A DNA stretch of 43,618 nt from a bacterium (lineage in GTDB: Bacteria; Bacillota; Clostridia; Lachnospirales; Lachnospiraceae), in the NCBI GenBank assembly GCA_050874485.1, contig JBNMKT010000001.1:1-43618 (forward strand). The letters are read 5' to 3'. Both the position numbers and the translations under genes were made by a program. The notes below the pieces were generated by a model. That model did no database searches. It was not told the origin of the DNA and was given only the letters and a program-made list of their open reading frames with translations. Positions 19,398 through 28,139 of this stretch are shown in pieces (the stretch's first letter is position 1; each line of letters starts with the position of its first letter).

Positions 19398-19535
19398 TCA
19401 GATCATCCCTCCTTTTACGCATGGAATCATATCCGATATGAAGCGTGCCAAATCCTGTCTGAATATGGATACCAAGACGATAAGCACAGTCAATATCAAT
19501 ATAATCTCCACAGTTCCCAAGCCTCTGTTTTTCAT
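19398..19535 (-). CDS. 45-aa Flp1-like type IVb prepilin (not in ORF track)
   Basis: Hand translation MKNRG|LGTVEIILILTVLIVLVSIFRQDLARFISDMIPCVKGGMI. AGGAGG RBS, Gly(-1)/Glu(+5) and a hydrophobic helix. TGA lies 1 nt before the yqaJ ATG. Confidence 0.8.
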   Translation of the reverse strand: MKNRGLGTVEIILILTVLIVLVSIFRQDLARFISDMIPCVKGGMI

Positions 19536-19592
19536 TGTCTGTTTCCTCCTGCGGTACATTTGCCCCGCTTATAATGATCTCTGTTTTCATAG

Positions 19593-20519
19593 CTACGCCA
19601 CCATCTGATACGCACGGGCGATCATAGGATTCCCTTCCACCGTCTTGATGAACAGGTTTTCACTGTAATTCTTGGTGCGTCTGATCGGTTCTGCATGGGT
19701 AGCGAAATCAGATACTGCATTGATAAAACGGTACGCATTATTTCCTACGTGCTGCAGATCTGGAGCATCAAAGTAACGGCGCTTTAAGTCCTCCAAAAGC
19801 CTTCCGTTATTCTTCCGCTGGATGTCAGACTGCTCCACACTAAGCGGAAAGAAGGTCTGCATGTACTCGATCACCTTTTTGTCCGAGAGCTTCGTCTGAT
19901 TCAGTCGGTCGATCGTCCTTCCCAGCTCACTCATGTAACCATGTGCAAATAACAGCGTTTCCTTTGCGTCATCCATACGATCCATGATGTTTTCCGTATG
20001 CTTCGTCTGCCAAATCCGCTTTGCTGTCGATAAAGCAAGATTCAAAGTGTTGGAGCATACCACGCGTACCGGCGTCATACATACCTTAATAGAAGATGTA
20101 CCGTCATGTGAGTTCATGACCAGCAGATAGGGCGTGATCTTATCCCCTGCGATAATGTACTGTTCCGGTAGCTTGGCTAAAATCCATGTCCGCCTGCCGC
20201 CCTGCAGCGATCCAGCCGTCTCATACTTCACGCCAGCTCCCAGCAATTCATCCGTGAAGCGGAACGCATCGACATTCTGTACGACCTTGTAACGATCTGT
20301 CACAATGCCAAGCTGCTGAAAGTCTGAATCACGGTAGTTGAGCTTGTAACCCGGAATATAGAAACCTTCCTTTGTGTAGACATCCTTCTGTCTTACCTCC
20401 CAGTCCAGGCCTGCCACCTGCAGCGCAGTCTTTGAATCCGGTGCCTCACTCACCACGTTCCCCAGCCCATGCCAAGGTGTTGTTCTTGTCGAAAACATTG
20501 TCTCTACTTCATGTGCCAT
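19593..20519 (-). CDS. DUF932/DUF945-family phage/plasmid protein
   Basis: MAHEVETM..R..PWHGLG, AGLDW.V, Y..VQN, ETAGSL.GG, NSHDG, TPVRVVC.NTL and H. Confidence 0.88.
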   Translation of the reverse strand: MAHEVETMFSTRTTPWHGLGNVVSEAPDSKTALQVAGLDWEVRQKDVYTKEGFYIPGYKLNYRDSDFQQLGIVTDRYKVVQNVDAFRFTDELLGAGVKYETAGSLQGGRRTWILAKLPEQYIIAGDKITPYLLVMNSHDGTSSIKVCMTPVRVVCSNTLNLALSTAKRIWQTKHTENIMDRMDDAKETLLFAHGYMSELGRTIDRLNQTKLSDKKVIEYMQTFFPLSVEQSDIQRKNNGRLLEDLKRRYFDAPDLQHVGNNAYRFINAVSDFATHAEPIRRTKNYSENLFIKTVEGNPMIARAYQMVA

Positions 20520-20543
20520 AATAAGTTATCCTCCTTTTGACAG

Positions 20544-20571
20544 AAAAAGCCCCCGGCGCTGTGCCGGGGGC
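20544..20571 (-). terminator. Strong intrinsic terminator-like hairpin just upstream of the DUF932 RBS
   Basis: GCCCCCGGC-N5-GCCGGGGGC followed by TTTTT on the minus strand. Confidence 0.75.
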
Positions 20572-20642
20572 AATTGATTATTACTACTGCAATGATATGT
20601 AATTCAAAAAGAATACTTTATCAGCACAATCCTGTGATCGCA

Positions 20643-20789
20643 CTATTTCTTTCGAATATGGTTCAAAATCTTTTTTGCTGCCTGTTCCTTTGCCCTGCAG
20701 CTCGGACAGATATGCGTCACAGATGTCAGATCCTTCATATAGATCCGCCCACATCTTTGGCATCTTTCCGTTCCTGATACAAAAGTCAT
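20643..20789 (-). CDS. 48-aa zinc-ribbon protein (not in ORF track)
   Basis: Hand translation MTFVSGTERCQRCGRIYMKDLTSVTHICPSCRAKEQAAKKILNHIRKK, with CxxC-x14-CxxC. AAGGGGTG RBS. Lies directly after the box promoter. Confidence 0.7.
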   Translation of the reverse strand: MTFVSGTERCQRCGRIYMKDLTSVTHICPSCRAKEQAAKKILNHIRKK

Positions 20790-20824
20790 CCCGGTTCACC
20801 CCTTTCTTTGATTCCCTTACACGC

Positions 20825-20856
20825 AGTATAGCAAATTCCAGTGACACAGTTTGTCA
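20825..20856 (-). promoter_or_regulatory. Box promoter 1 (TGACA-N5-TGTCA, 11 nt, TATACT)
   Basis: TGACACAGTTTGTCA at 20842-20856; -10 TATACT on the minus strand at 20825-20830. Confidence 0.8.
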
Positions 20857-20906
20857 CCGACAGAGAAAAAATCTTTTTTCTATTTCACAATCTTTTTCAC
20901 TCCACA

Positions 20907-20938
20907 TGACATGGTCTGTCATCCCCCAAATGTATGAT
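20907..20938 (+). promoter_or_regulatory. Box promoter 2 (TGACA-N5-TGTCA, 11 nt, TATGAT)
   Basis: TGACATGGTCTGTCA at 20907-20921; -10 TATGAT at 20933-20938. Confidence 0.8.
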
Positions 20939-21005
20939 AAATACAGCAAGAGCCACTTCAAGTGACTACAAAAACAAGCAAAACACCAAGAAAGGACAGA
21001 AACAT

Positions 21006-21800
21006 ATGGAAGAGACAAAAAACACTGAAATTCAAGCAGAAGAAGCCTATTCGTATCATTACGAAGATTATCACACACCACTGGCATGCGCTTTTCATTC
21101 CAGACTGGAAGCATTCAAGTATACAGATTATTACAGCCTGTCGTTTGACAGCCGGATCGGTTCCGAGTTCTATAACAGCAAATCTGCATGTGAAAAAGCA
21201 CGCAAGCAGTGCATCGAAACAGCCTATTACGCTGCAAAACAGCACTTCACGCCCTCATCTTCTCTGTGTATCGCTGATGACGCAGTAAAATTTTACTCCA
21301 AGCGCGTAGAAAGTGTTTTCTTCCCGGTCATTGACCGCATGGAAATGCTCTGTAAATCCACCAATCAGCCGACTGCTTTCACCAAGTTAAAAGAGCTTGT
21401 AGATGGATGCAAAGCAGAACTGACCAAGCGCTTCGAGAATGAGTTACGTAAAAATGCAAGCTACTACGCCCTGTACGATGTCAGCTACTTCATTGAAAAA
21501 GTTCCGATTGAAAAGCACGATTTCCGCGTTTCGGAAGATGTCGTATTCAAGCTGCTGGAAACACTGATCGCTGACAATGTCCAGTACACGATCACCGACA
21601 TCTATACCTCTATCGGAGAGATGGAACACGATCTGAACAACCACGCCGGCACTTTTTTCAACACCGCGTACAGCGAATACACGAGCTATGTATCCGAGAT
21701 TGAATCACTCTTAGACGGCATCGGTAACGGCTTCCCTCCTCTGCAGGAGGGCGAAAATGCCAATGATTATGTTCATCGGATTTGTTCTTCACAATATTAG
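21006..21800 (+). CDS. Hypothetical helical protein (264 aa)
   Basis: Long clean ORF. AAGGA precedes ATG 21006. Preceded by box promoter 2 and followed by terminators. Confidence 0.7.
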   Translation: MEETKNTEIQAEEAYSYHYEDYHTPLACAFHSRLEAFKYTDYYSLSFDSRIGSEFYNSKSACEKARKQCIETAYYAAKQHFTPSSSLCIADDAVKFYSKRVESVFFPVIDRMEMLCKSTNQPTAFTKLKELVDGCKAELTKRFENELRKNASYYALYDVSYFIEKVPIEKHDFRVSEDVVFKLLETLIADNVQYTITDIYTSIGEMEHDLNNHAGTFFNTAYSEYTSYVSEIESLLDGIGNGFPPLQEGENANDYVHRICSSQY

Positions 21801-21824
21801 TTTTATATCTTTCCGCAAAAAAGA

Positions 21825-21905
21825 ACCGTTCATGCCGCATTAGAGCATGAACGGTGACTTTTTATTGTATACCTATACAATAAAACCACCAGCTAAGCTG
21901 GTGGT
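21825..21905. terminator. Three consecutive hairpins between convergent genes
   Basis: ACCGTTCATGC/GCATGAACGGT (21825-21855), TTTTATTGTATA-CC-TATACAATAAAA (21860-21885) and ACCACCAGCT-A-AGCTGGTGGT (21885-21905). Confidence 0.8.
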
Positions 21906-21912
21906 GCTAATT

Positions 21913-22824
21913 TTAGTATAAGGATGTAAGAAAATCCTGCAAATTTTTATCCGTAGATGTCACAGATCCAGTTTCATGATCCCAGAACACAACATTCTTA
22001 TTTGCTAAAGAATAACAAATATAATTGCCAAACACAACCGTTTTAGAAGACTCCGACAACATTCTGTATGTAGCTGCTTTATGCTCCGGGTCGCGTGAAT
22101 TATTTGGTCCTGGAGTATCCACAAGCACTAACGAAACATCATCTGCCGTAACAAAAGGAATATTTCCTTCTACATGAACTCGAGACACCTCTGGATTACT
22201 ATTCAAACTATTCATTATATCAAAGGTCAGTTCCGGATGTGTCTGTATCAGATTTCCATCTGAATCGTACACCTTTGCTGTGAAATAGTCAGCATCATTA
22301 TCTTTGATTTCTGTAATGGTTGCAGTACATGCTTCTTGTTTTGCAGGCATTAACCGCTGTCTGAGAAGTGCATTGATTAATGTCGATTTTCCAGCACTCA
22401 TGGTAGCTACTACATTTACCTCGAAATCACTACTCTTTGCCAAATTAAATGCCTTAATAACATCCGGCTGTTTCAATTCTTCGAATGGTCCCGCCTGAAT
22501 TTCATCAAAGATCTCACTAATAGCAGCTTCCTTATCTGCAACTTCCTTTGCCGGAATATGTTCAAGCTCGATGTTTATATTTTTCTTTTTTGCATCCCGC
22601 GCCATTGCCTCGACATCTTCGTAATCTAGCGTGGTTCCCTGAAAGATAATTTTAAAATCGCGAACACTACATTCCTCAAATAGAATATCGGGCAAGTCTT
22701 CGATCCATTCCTGCAATCTTCGATCATAAAAATTCAACTGGCTGTTCTGCTTTGGAGCTACGCCATCAACTAAAACTTCTGTTTCCAAACGATACGGATT
22801 GTACTTAATTGAAATCTCTGTCAT
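21913..22824 (-). pseudogene. Truncated dynamin-like GTPase fused to a SMI1/KNR4-like C-terminal fragment
   Basis: ATMSAGKST (G1), ACTA (G2) and DTPG (G3) present; G4 NKxD and helical stalk absent. Tail FGNYICY...VVFWDHE...LQDFLTSLY. Confidence 0.7.
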
Positions 22825-22830
22825 TATTCA

Positions 22831-24153
22831 TCACCTCATATTGTAAATTATATTTTCCAGTTGCAATAAACCCGAATGTTTCAGCACCTGGTAACTTTTT
22901 TCTTCGTTATCAACTTGAACTGCTTTTTGAATATCTTCTGGATAATAACTATCAAACTGATATTCATTTTTCCTCATTTTCCTTGCCATTCTATCTAGTT
23001 CATCCAACTCATCTTCATTTAACTTTTCTCCAAAAATAGACATTTTGGCAAGATACGCCGCATATGCAGAAACAGGAGCTATATTCAATTCATCAAATCC
23101 TATTTCATGCAAATCAGCTACAATCTGTTTTAAACTGTCAGGAACAGAGTCATCTTTTCCGAACGTATCTAATTTATTTACTACAAAAATAATTTTACCA
23201 TGAAAGTTTTTCTGTACAAATAAAAGATGCTGCCTATCGTCTTCTGTTCCAAGACTTTCACCATTCATCAGATATATCAGTGCGTCCGCATCTGATGTAC
23301 TCAATGCATTCTCTGTGAGTTTTCTGTGATCCTTATTCTGTGCTGAATTAACCCCCGGTGTATCTATAAGCCACATTCTCTTCGGGGTTGTGCCAATTGT
23401 CCTAAATGAAACACCCACTTCTATCTCTGAACTATTATTGTCAACATTGTCATCCATTAAGGTATCATAATCAGCGTCCAATTCTAGAAGGTAATCATAC
23501 TCATAATATAAATTGTCTTCAAATGCCTTATTTTCAATATAATGCAACTTTGAAGTACAAGCAGCATGCTGTGTTTTGCTCACTTTTTTCCCAACTAACG
23601 CGTTTAACAGAGTCGACTTTCCGGCACTCATATTAGCAGTCACAATCACTTTTATAGGTTTTTCCTGCAAGAAATCTCGATTCTTATCCCAGCACTCTCT
23701 CATATAATCAATTTTATCAATGTTCTCTACCGATACTGAAGCATCGTATAAATACTCAAAAACCTGACGGATTTTCTTCTGATACCGCTTATGATAGATG
23801 ACTGAAAGTTCTTCATATATTTTTTCTCCTTTGTCCTGATCCATATAAGCATTCATAAAGATGCAATCAAAAACCAAACAGTATCTATATGAAAAAAATT
23901 TAAATGGTTTAAACTTTGTTGCAACCACACGTTTGGATTTCTTTTGTATATTATATGCTGTTGGAAGATCGACAGGTTCGCTTCCAACTAACTTTTGGTA
24001 ATACAAAAGCAATGTTTGCTTCGCCCACAAATCATCTTTTGAATACTTCTGAACAAAGTAGTTCAAAACATTTACATACCTCAGCCTATATTTTTCTTCC
24101 AATATAGGATGTTTTTCTAACATCTGCGATACTTCCAAATGCAAGTCATTCAT
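22831..24153 (-). CDS. Dynamin-like GTPase (440 aa)
   Basis: ANMSAGKST, ACTS, DTPG, NKLD and PVSA motifs. Confidence 0.85.
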   Translation of the reverse strand: MNDLHLEVSQMLEKHPILEEKYRLRYVNVLNYFVQKYSKDDLWAKQTLLLYYQKLVGSEPVDLPTAYNIQKKSKRVVATKFKPFKFFSYRYCLVFDCIFMNAYMDQDKGEKIYEELSVIYHKRYQKKIRQVFEYLYDASVSVENIDKIDYMRECWDKNRDFLQEKPIKVIVTANMSAGKSTLLNALVGKKVSKTQHAACTSKLHYIENKAFEDNLYYEYDYLLELDADYDTLMDDNVDNNSSEIEVGVSFRTIGTTPKRMWLIDTPGVNSAQNKDHRKLTENALSTSDADALIYLMNGESLGTEDDRQHLLFVQKNFHGKIIFVVNKLDTFGKDDSVPDSLKQIVADLHEIGFDELNIAPVSAYAAYLAKMSIFGEKLNEDELDELDRMARKMRKNEYQFDSYYPEDIQKAVQVDNEEKSYQVLKHSGLLQLENIIYNMR

Positions 24154-24250
24154 AAAATCCTTCCTCCATACAAGTCATTCTCATATTTTTTCATATGCCG
24201 GAGCCCTCATCATACATATATGTCATTTATACATCAGGCTTTGACTTCTT

Positions 24251-25210
24251 TTAGTTTATAAACTCAACATTATTTCCCTGACTTCTAAACCACATATCTA
24301 TTCCGTCTCCAAACACCTCCGCTCTTATAATATAAGCACCATTATCTTCTTCAACAATCTCTGCTGTAGGCAGTTTATCCAAAACAGCTTCCACCGATAA
24401 GCCGGTATAGCGAAATTTCACTTTCCGTAGCTTACCACCATACATAAACTGTATCCGTTTTCTAAATTCTCCCTCTTCAAAACGATTCGCATAAGGCACT
24501 CGATAGTGTTCATCGGTCACCTTTACATCTATTATCCGATCAATCCGATAAATTGTAGGAAAGGAATCGTTTAAAACATCAAAGTCTGCCCTTGTTGCTT
24601 CATCGTCAATAAATGCCGTCATGTAGAAATAAAACTCAGAAAACATGATTGCAGCAGGCATAACTTTACGATTCACAACCTTTTTGTCCTTCAAGCGCAT
24701 ATATGAAATCTCAATGTACTGATGTTGCTGAATTGCTTGACCGATCAACCACATCTTGTTAATAAACACCGATTTGTGTCTTGGCTCTACATAATGGTAC
24801 TCTTCATTGCAGATCAAGTCTTTCACTAATTTTTGATTTTCTTTCGGCACACAACAATCAAGTAACTTGTCCAACATAGCGACCATTTCTTTTTTGGTAA
24901 ACGCTCTGCTATCCAAAAGGATTTTACAAATAGCAAGAATTTCTGCATTACTAAATTTCAATTGATACAGCTGTCCTAACCGGAAACCTTTTTTTGCACG
25001 ATCATAGACCACAGAATTTACAATGCCACTGTCCACCACCGCTTTATCTAAAAACTTACGAATATCATCAATATCTCTCTGAATCGTCCGTTCATTCACG
25101 CCATAGTTATTGGCTTCCTCTGCTTTTTGGATAACAGCTCCATTCAAAAGTTTCGTGTATAGATCAAGCACTCGTTCTGTTTTATCTGATGTACCCTGCT
25201 CAACTGCCAT
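24251..25210 (-). CDS. WYL-domain transcriptional regulator (wHTH-WYL-WCX)
   Basis: N-terminal HTH GVNERTIQRDIDDIR, FSEFYFYM (WYL-equivalent), YRIDRI and C-terminal W..SQG. Confidence 0.92.
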   Translation of the reverse strand: MAVEQGTSDKTERVLDLYTKLLNGAVIQKAEEANNYGVNERTIQRDIDDIRKFLDKAVVDSGIVNSVVYDRAKKGFRLGQLYQLKFSNAEILAICKILLDSRAFTKKEMVAMLDKLLDCCVPKENQKLVKDLICNEEYHYVEPRHKSVFINKMWLIGQAIQQHQYIEISYMRLKDKKVVNRKVMPAAIMFSEFYFYMTAFIDDEATRADFDVLNDSFPTIYRIDRIIDVKVTDEHYRVPYANRFEEGEFRKRIQFMYGGKLRKVKFRYTGLSVEAVLDKLPTAEIVEEDNGAYIIRAEVFGDGIDMWFRSQGNNVEFIN

Positions 25211-25241
25211 TTAATCACTCCTGTCTTTAAAAATTTATCCT

Positions 25242-25273
25242 ATTTTACCAAACAGCAATGACACATCCTGTCA
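25242..25273 (-). promoter_or_regulatory. Box promoter 3, upstream of the WYL gene
   Basis: TGACACATCCTGTCA at 25259-25273; 11 nt; TGG-TAAAAT extended -10 at 25242-25247. Confidence 0.8.
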
Positions 25274-25621
25274 CACATCAAAATTTTCTTCATTTACTTT
25301 ACTTAGATAAAGCAATTATACTCTTTAAACAATTCTATATCAATATTTTTGTGCATAATATTCATTTTTCTTCATTATTTCCTATCTTTTTAACAATTTC
25401 CTTTTCGTCCAGTGCTTTAGAACAATTATAAGTATCCACGCATACACATAGACAGCTCGAATCTTTCTCTTGTCCCCATTTCTCATATTTTCTATTTTAC
25501 AACAAATTTTCGTTGCCGCAACTATTAGCATAAGCAAATACTGCTTTCCGCTTATTATTCTCTTTTGATAACTCTTGTATTATTTTCATATACTATGAGT
25601 TGTATTTGGAGGTTACCGACT

Positions 25622-25954
25622 ATGGACTATGTCTTTCTTGGGAAACGTATCCGCGAGGAGCGCTTACGGTTAAATCTAACGCAGGAAAAGCTGGCAGAAG
25701 CCTGTGGCATTTCCACCGCATATCTGGGACAGATTGAACGCGGCGAGCGTTGCATCACCCTTGATAAGCTGATCCCACTGGCAAACTGTTTGGGAACTAC
25801 GATTGATTTTCTTCTCTCAGATTACATCAACCCCCAGAACGACACTAACTTTAATATTCTCTTTCAGCTATTTCAAGGTAAGAGCGATCAGGAAAAGGAG
25901 CTTGCCATTCAACTGCTCAAACTTCTCTTTTCATATACAGATGGACGTCTCTAA
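25622..25954 (+). CDS. XRE-family HTH transcriptional regulator
   Basis: LGKRIREER...LTQEKLAE.CGIS..YLGQIERGER. GGAGG precedes ATG 25622. Confidence 0.9.
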   Translation: MDYVFLGKRIREERLRLNLTQEKLAEACGISTAYLGQIERGERCITLDKLIPLANCLGTTIDFLLSDYINPQNDTNFNILFQLFQGKSDQEKELAIQLLKLLFSYTDGRL

Positions 25955-25962
25955 GCGCCAAT

Positions 25963-25992
25963 TGTCCGGTATGCGTAACTGCATACCGGACA
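25963..25992. terminator. Intrinsic terminator between convergent genes
   Basis: TGTCCGGTATGC-N6-GCATACCGGACA followed by TTGTTTTT. Confidence 0.8.
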
Positions 25993-26003
25993 TTGTTTTT
26001 ATT

Positions 26004-26911
26004 CTATAACATTCCAAATCCCAGTGTTCCACACTCATTGACCAGATCAAAGACCACAACCGTCTTGTTATCCCAGCTGATCAGCTTCTGCTCGCCTTTT
26101 CCATATCCATCGCCATCATTCAATAGATAATTGTCAACCTTAACAACATTCCAGTCAGAATCGTATGTCAGCACAGAATATGCACCGTAGATCTTCTCAT
26201 CACTATTATTGTTCAGCAATGCCACCGTACGGTTATCTTCATAACTCATGCTCACATCAGCCTTGGCTTTCCCATTCTTTTTTCCGATCAACTTAATCGA
26301 AGTCATTTCAGGAGAGGAAAATTCAACATGCTCCACAGCCTAAAGTACACACGCTGCTCTCCTTTGCCGTTTACACTGACATAACAGTTGCCAACACCGT
26401 CATAGACCTTCTTCCAGTTCTTGTCATAGCCTACCAGATCCACAGAAACCACTAACGGACGATCTGTTTTGTTCTTGACAACAACACTGGCACAGCTATC
26501 ACTTTCTCTCTGGAAGTCTTTGAGACTCATAATTGATTTGTCACTCTTGTAACTCTTTACGACTACATTACGCGTCACCTTACCTTTGCCGGATTTAATC
26601 GTGATCTTTGCCTTTCCTGCCTTTTCAGCAGTAAGAACACTGCCTGCAACTGATACTACCTTAGAATTGCTTGTGGTACACTTTATCGGTCCGGCGGCTC
26701 CTGCAGTAACACGAACTCCCACACGTTCGCCCTCTCCATTCACCAACCACATCTCCTGATTGTTGCTCAGATTGACTTTCAGCGCACTTGCTGCCTCTGC
26801 CTCCACGCAAGCAAAACTCATATTCTGCCCACCGATCAGCCCCGTCATGGTCAATGACAGTGCCAGTACAAGTCCTAATCCTTTTCTTTTCATCCATTGC
26901 GTTCTCTTCAT
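26004..26911 (-). pseudogene. Secreted Ig-like (Big_2-type) protein, split by a frameshift near 26340
   Basis: Signal peptide MKRTQWMKRKGLGLVLALSL..., TSNSKVVSV..G.LTA.K.GKA.IT motif. The two overlapping ORFs share a repeated YD..W..V...GKGEQ domain. Confidence 0.6.
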
Positions 26912-26939
26912 AGCGCACGCCTCCTTTTTTTATAAAAAG

Positions 26940-26971
26940 AGCTTACCATAGCACTATGACATACCGTGTCA
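26940..26971 (-). promoter_or_regulatory. Box promoter 4, upstream of the secreted protein gene
   Basis: TGACATACCGTGTCA at 26957-26971; 11 nt; TGG-TAAGCT at 26940-26945. Confidence 0.75.
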
Positions 26972-27195
26972 CTTACAAAAAAATTTTCTACGATCCAGCA
27001 GGTGCCGTGCCAGCCGGGACTAGCCCGGGTTCGACCACTATTATAATATCTAATCTCACTAGGAGCAGTTACCATATCTGCCCATAGATCCAGTGACTGG
27101 CAGCTTCCTACAGATTAAGCCAACAAAAAAGCCCCTGTTTGATTCTTCATCATAACAAGAGCTTTCGCTATACGATCCATCTGTAGCAAATCAAC

Positions 27196-27420
27196 TTATG
27201 CAGCATATTCTACAATTGCAACTTCTGTCAGGGCTTCTTTTAACTTTTTTACAATCTCCTCAATTCGTGCGACAACCTCTCCACTATAAGAGACTTCTCC
27301 GCACTGGCTACATTTATGGCATGGCACATGCTTAATAATAATAAAATGTCCATCCAAGTCCACCATGTAATTGCAGAAATCATCTTTCATTTCACCTTTA
27401 CAATAAAAACATTTATCCAT
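27196..27420 (-). CDS. YgiT/MqsA-type zinc-finger protein (putative antitoxin)
   Basis: C..CKG...IIIK.VPC.KC.QCGE pattern, directly downstream of a DUF4258-like gene. Confidence 0.85.
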   Translation of the reverse strand: MDKCFYCKGEMKDDFCNYMVDLDGHFIIIKHVPCHKCSQCGEVSYSGEVVARIEEIVKKLKEALTEVAIVEYAA

Positions 27421-27424
27421 GCAA

Positions 27425-27733
27425 TCATTCCTTCCTCTTTTTTAATTCTTCATCCCATTGAGATGGATCCGGTTCATACGCTGTAATTAGCCATAGCTTA
27501 TGTTCTCCAATACCTACAACTACATGCAGTTTTCGTTCGTGAATCGTCATCCCCAAGATCAAACAGCTTGGATATGGATAATCATCGGGATATTCCTCAA
27601 TAATTTCCCCGTTTTTTATTACTTCCTTAATTTCCTCATACGAAATATTCCGCTGCTGACATCTCATCAGAATATGCTGTGTTACCTCGATCGTTGCATC
27701 TCTGCACAATAATTTAATCTGATCTATGTCCAT
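27425..27733 (-). CDS. DUF4258-family protein (putative RelE-like toxin)
   Basis: T.H...R...R.I, GEIIEEYPDDYPYPSCLILG, LHVV and ITAYEP...W. Confidence 0.85.
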   Translation of the reverse strand: MDIDQIKLLCRDATIEVTQHILMRCQQRNISYEEIKEVIKNGEIIEEYPDDYPYPSCLILGMTIHERKLHVVVGIGEHKLWLITAYEPDPSQWDEELKKRKE

Positions 27734-27922
27734 GTAGTACCATCTCCCCTCGCAGCTTATATTTTCTCCATTAATATTATACCCTCTCCGTCCAAATTTG
27801 TACACACCTTTTGCTCCTGATCCGAATATCGCAATACATATGTTTCATTGCCCCTTATTTAACGTGGTCGACATTTCTAAACATTCATTTAAATAAACCA
27901 AAATCCAAGGGGGGGATTTATA

Positions 27923-28108
27923 ATGTACGATAATGAAATCAGCGATCTGATCAGTATAGAGGATCTATGCGACATGCTAGCCATCGGAAAAAACACTGCG
28001 TATCATCTGTTGAACACTAATGAAATCCAAGCCTTTCGTATCGGGCGTAGTTGGAAGATTCCTCGCCAGAGCGTCATCAACTATATCAAAAACAAAAGTG
28101 GACTCTGA
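27923..28108 (+). CDS. Excisionase-like HTH_17 DNA-binding protein
   Basis: L.IGKNTAY.L.....I.AFRIGRSWKIP. GGGGG RBS. Confidence 0.85.
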   Translation: MYDNEISDLISIEDLCDMLAIGKNTAYHLLNTNEIQAFRIGRSWKIPRQSVINYIKNKSGL

Positions 28109-28139
28109 TCCTTTTCTATGGGTAGGCAGTGTTAGCTGC

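Noticed and set aside
19393-19590. 65-aa ORF from the track (MKTEIIISG...)
   Set aside because: No RBS or recognisable features. The overlapping 45-aa prepilin frame has AGGAGG, a clear motif and coupling to yqaJ.
20584-20847. 87-aa ORF from the track (MSLEFAIL...)
   Set aside because: Its start lies inside the operator box, upstream of the predicted -10. The 48-aa CxxC frame has the RBS.
27001-27060. GGGTTCGACC resembling a tRNA T-loop
   Set aside because: No T-stem pairing, acceptor stem or cloverleaf can be built.
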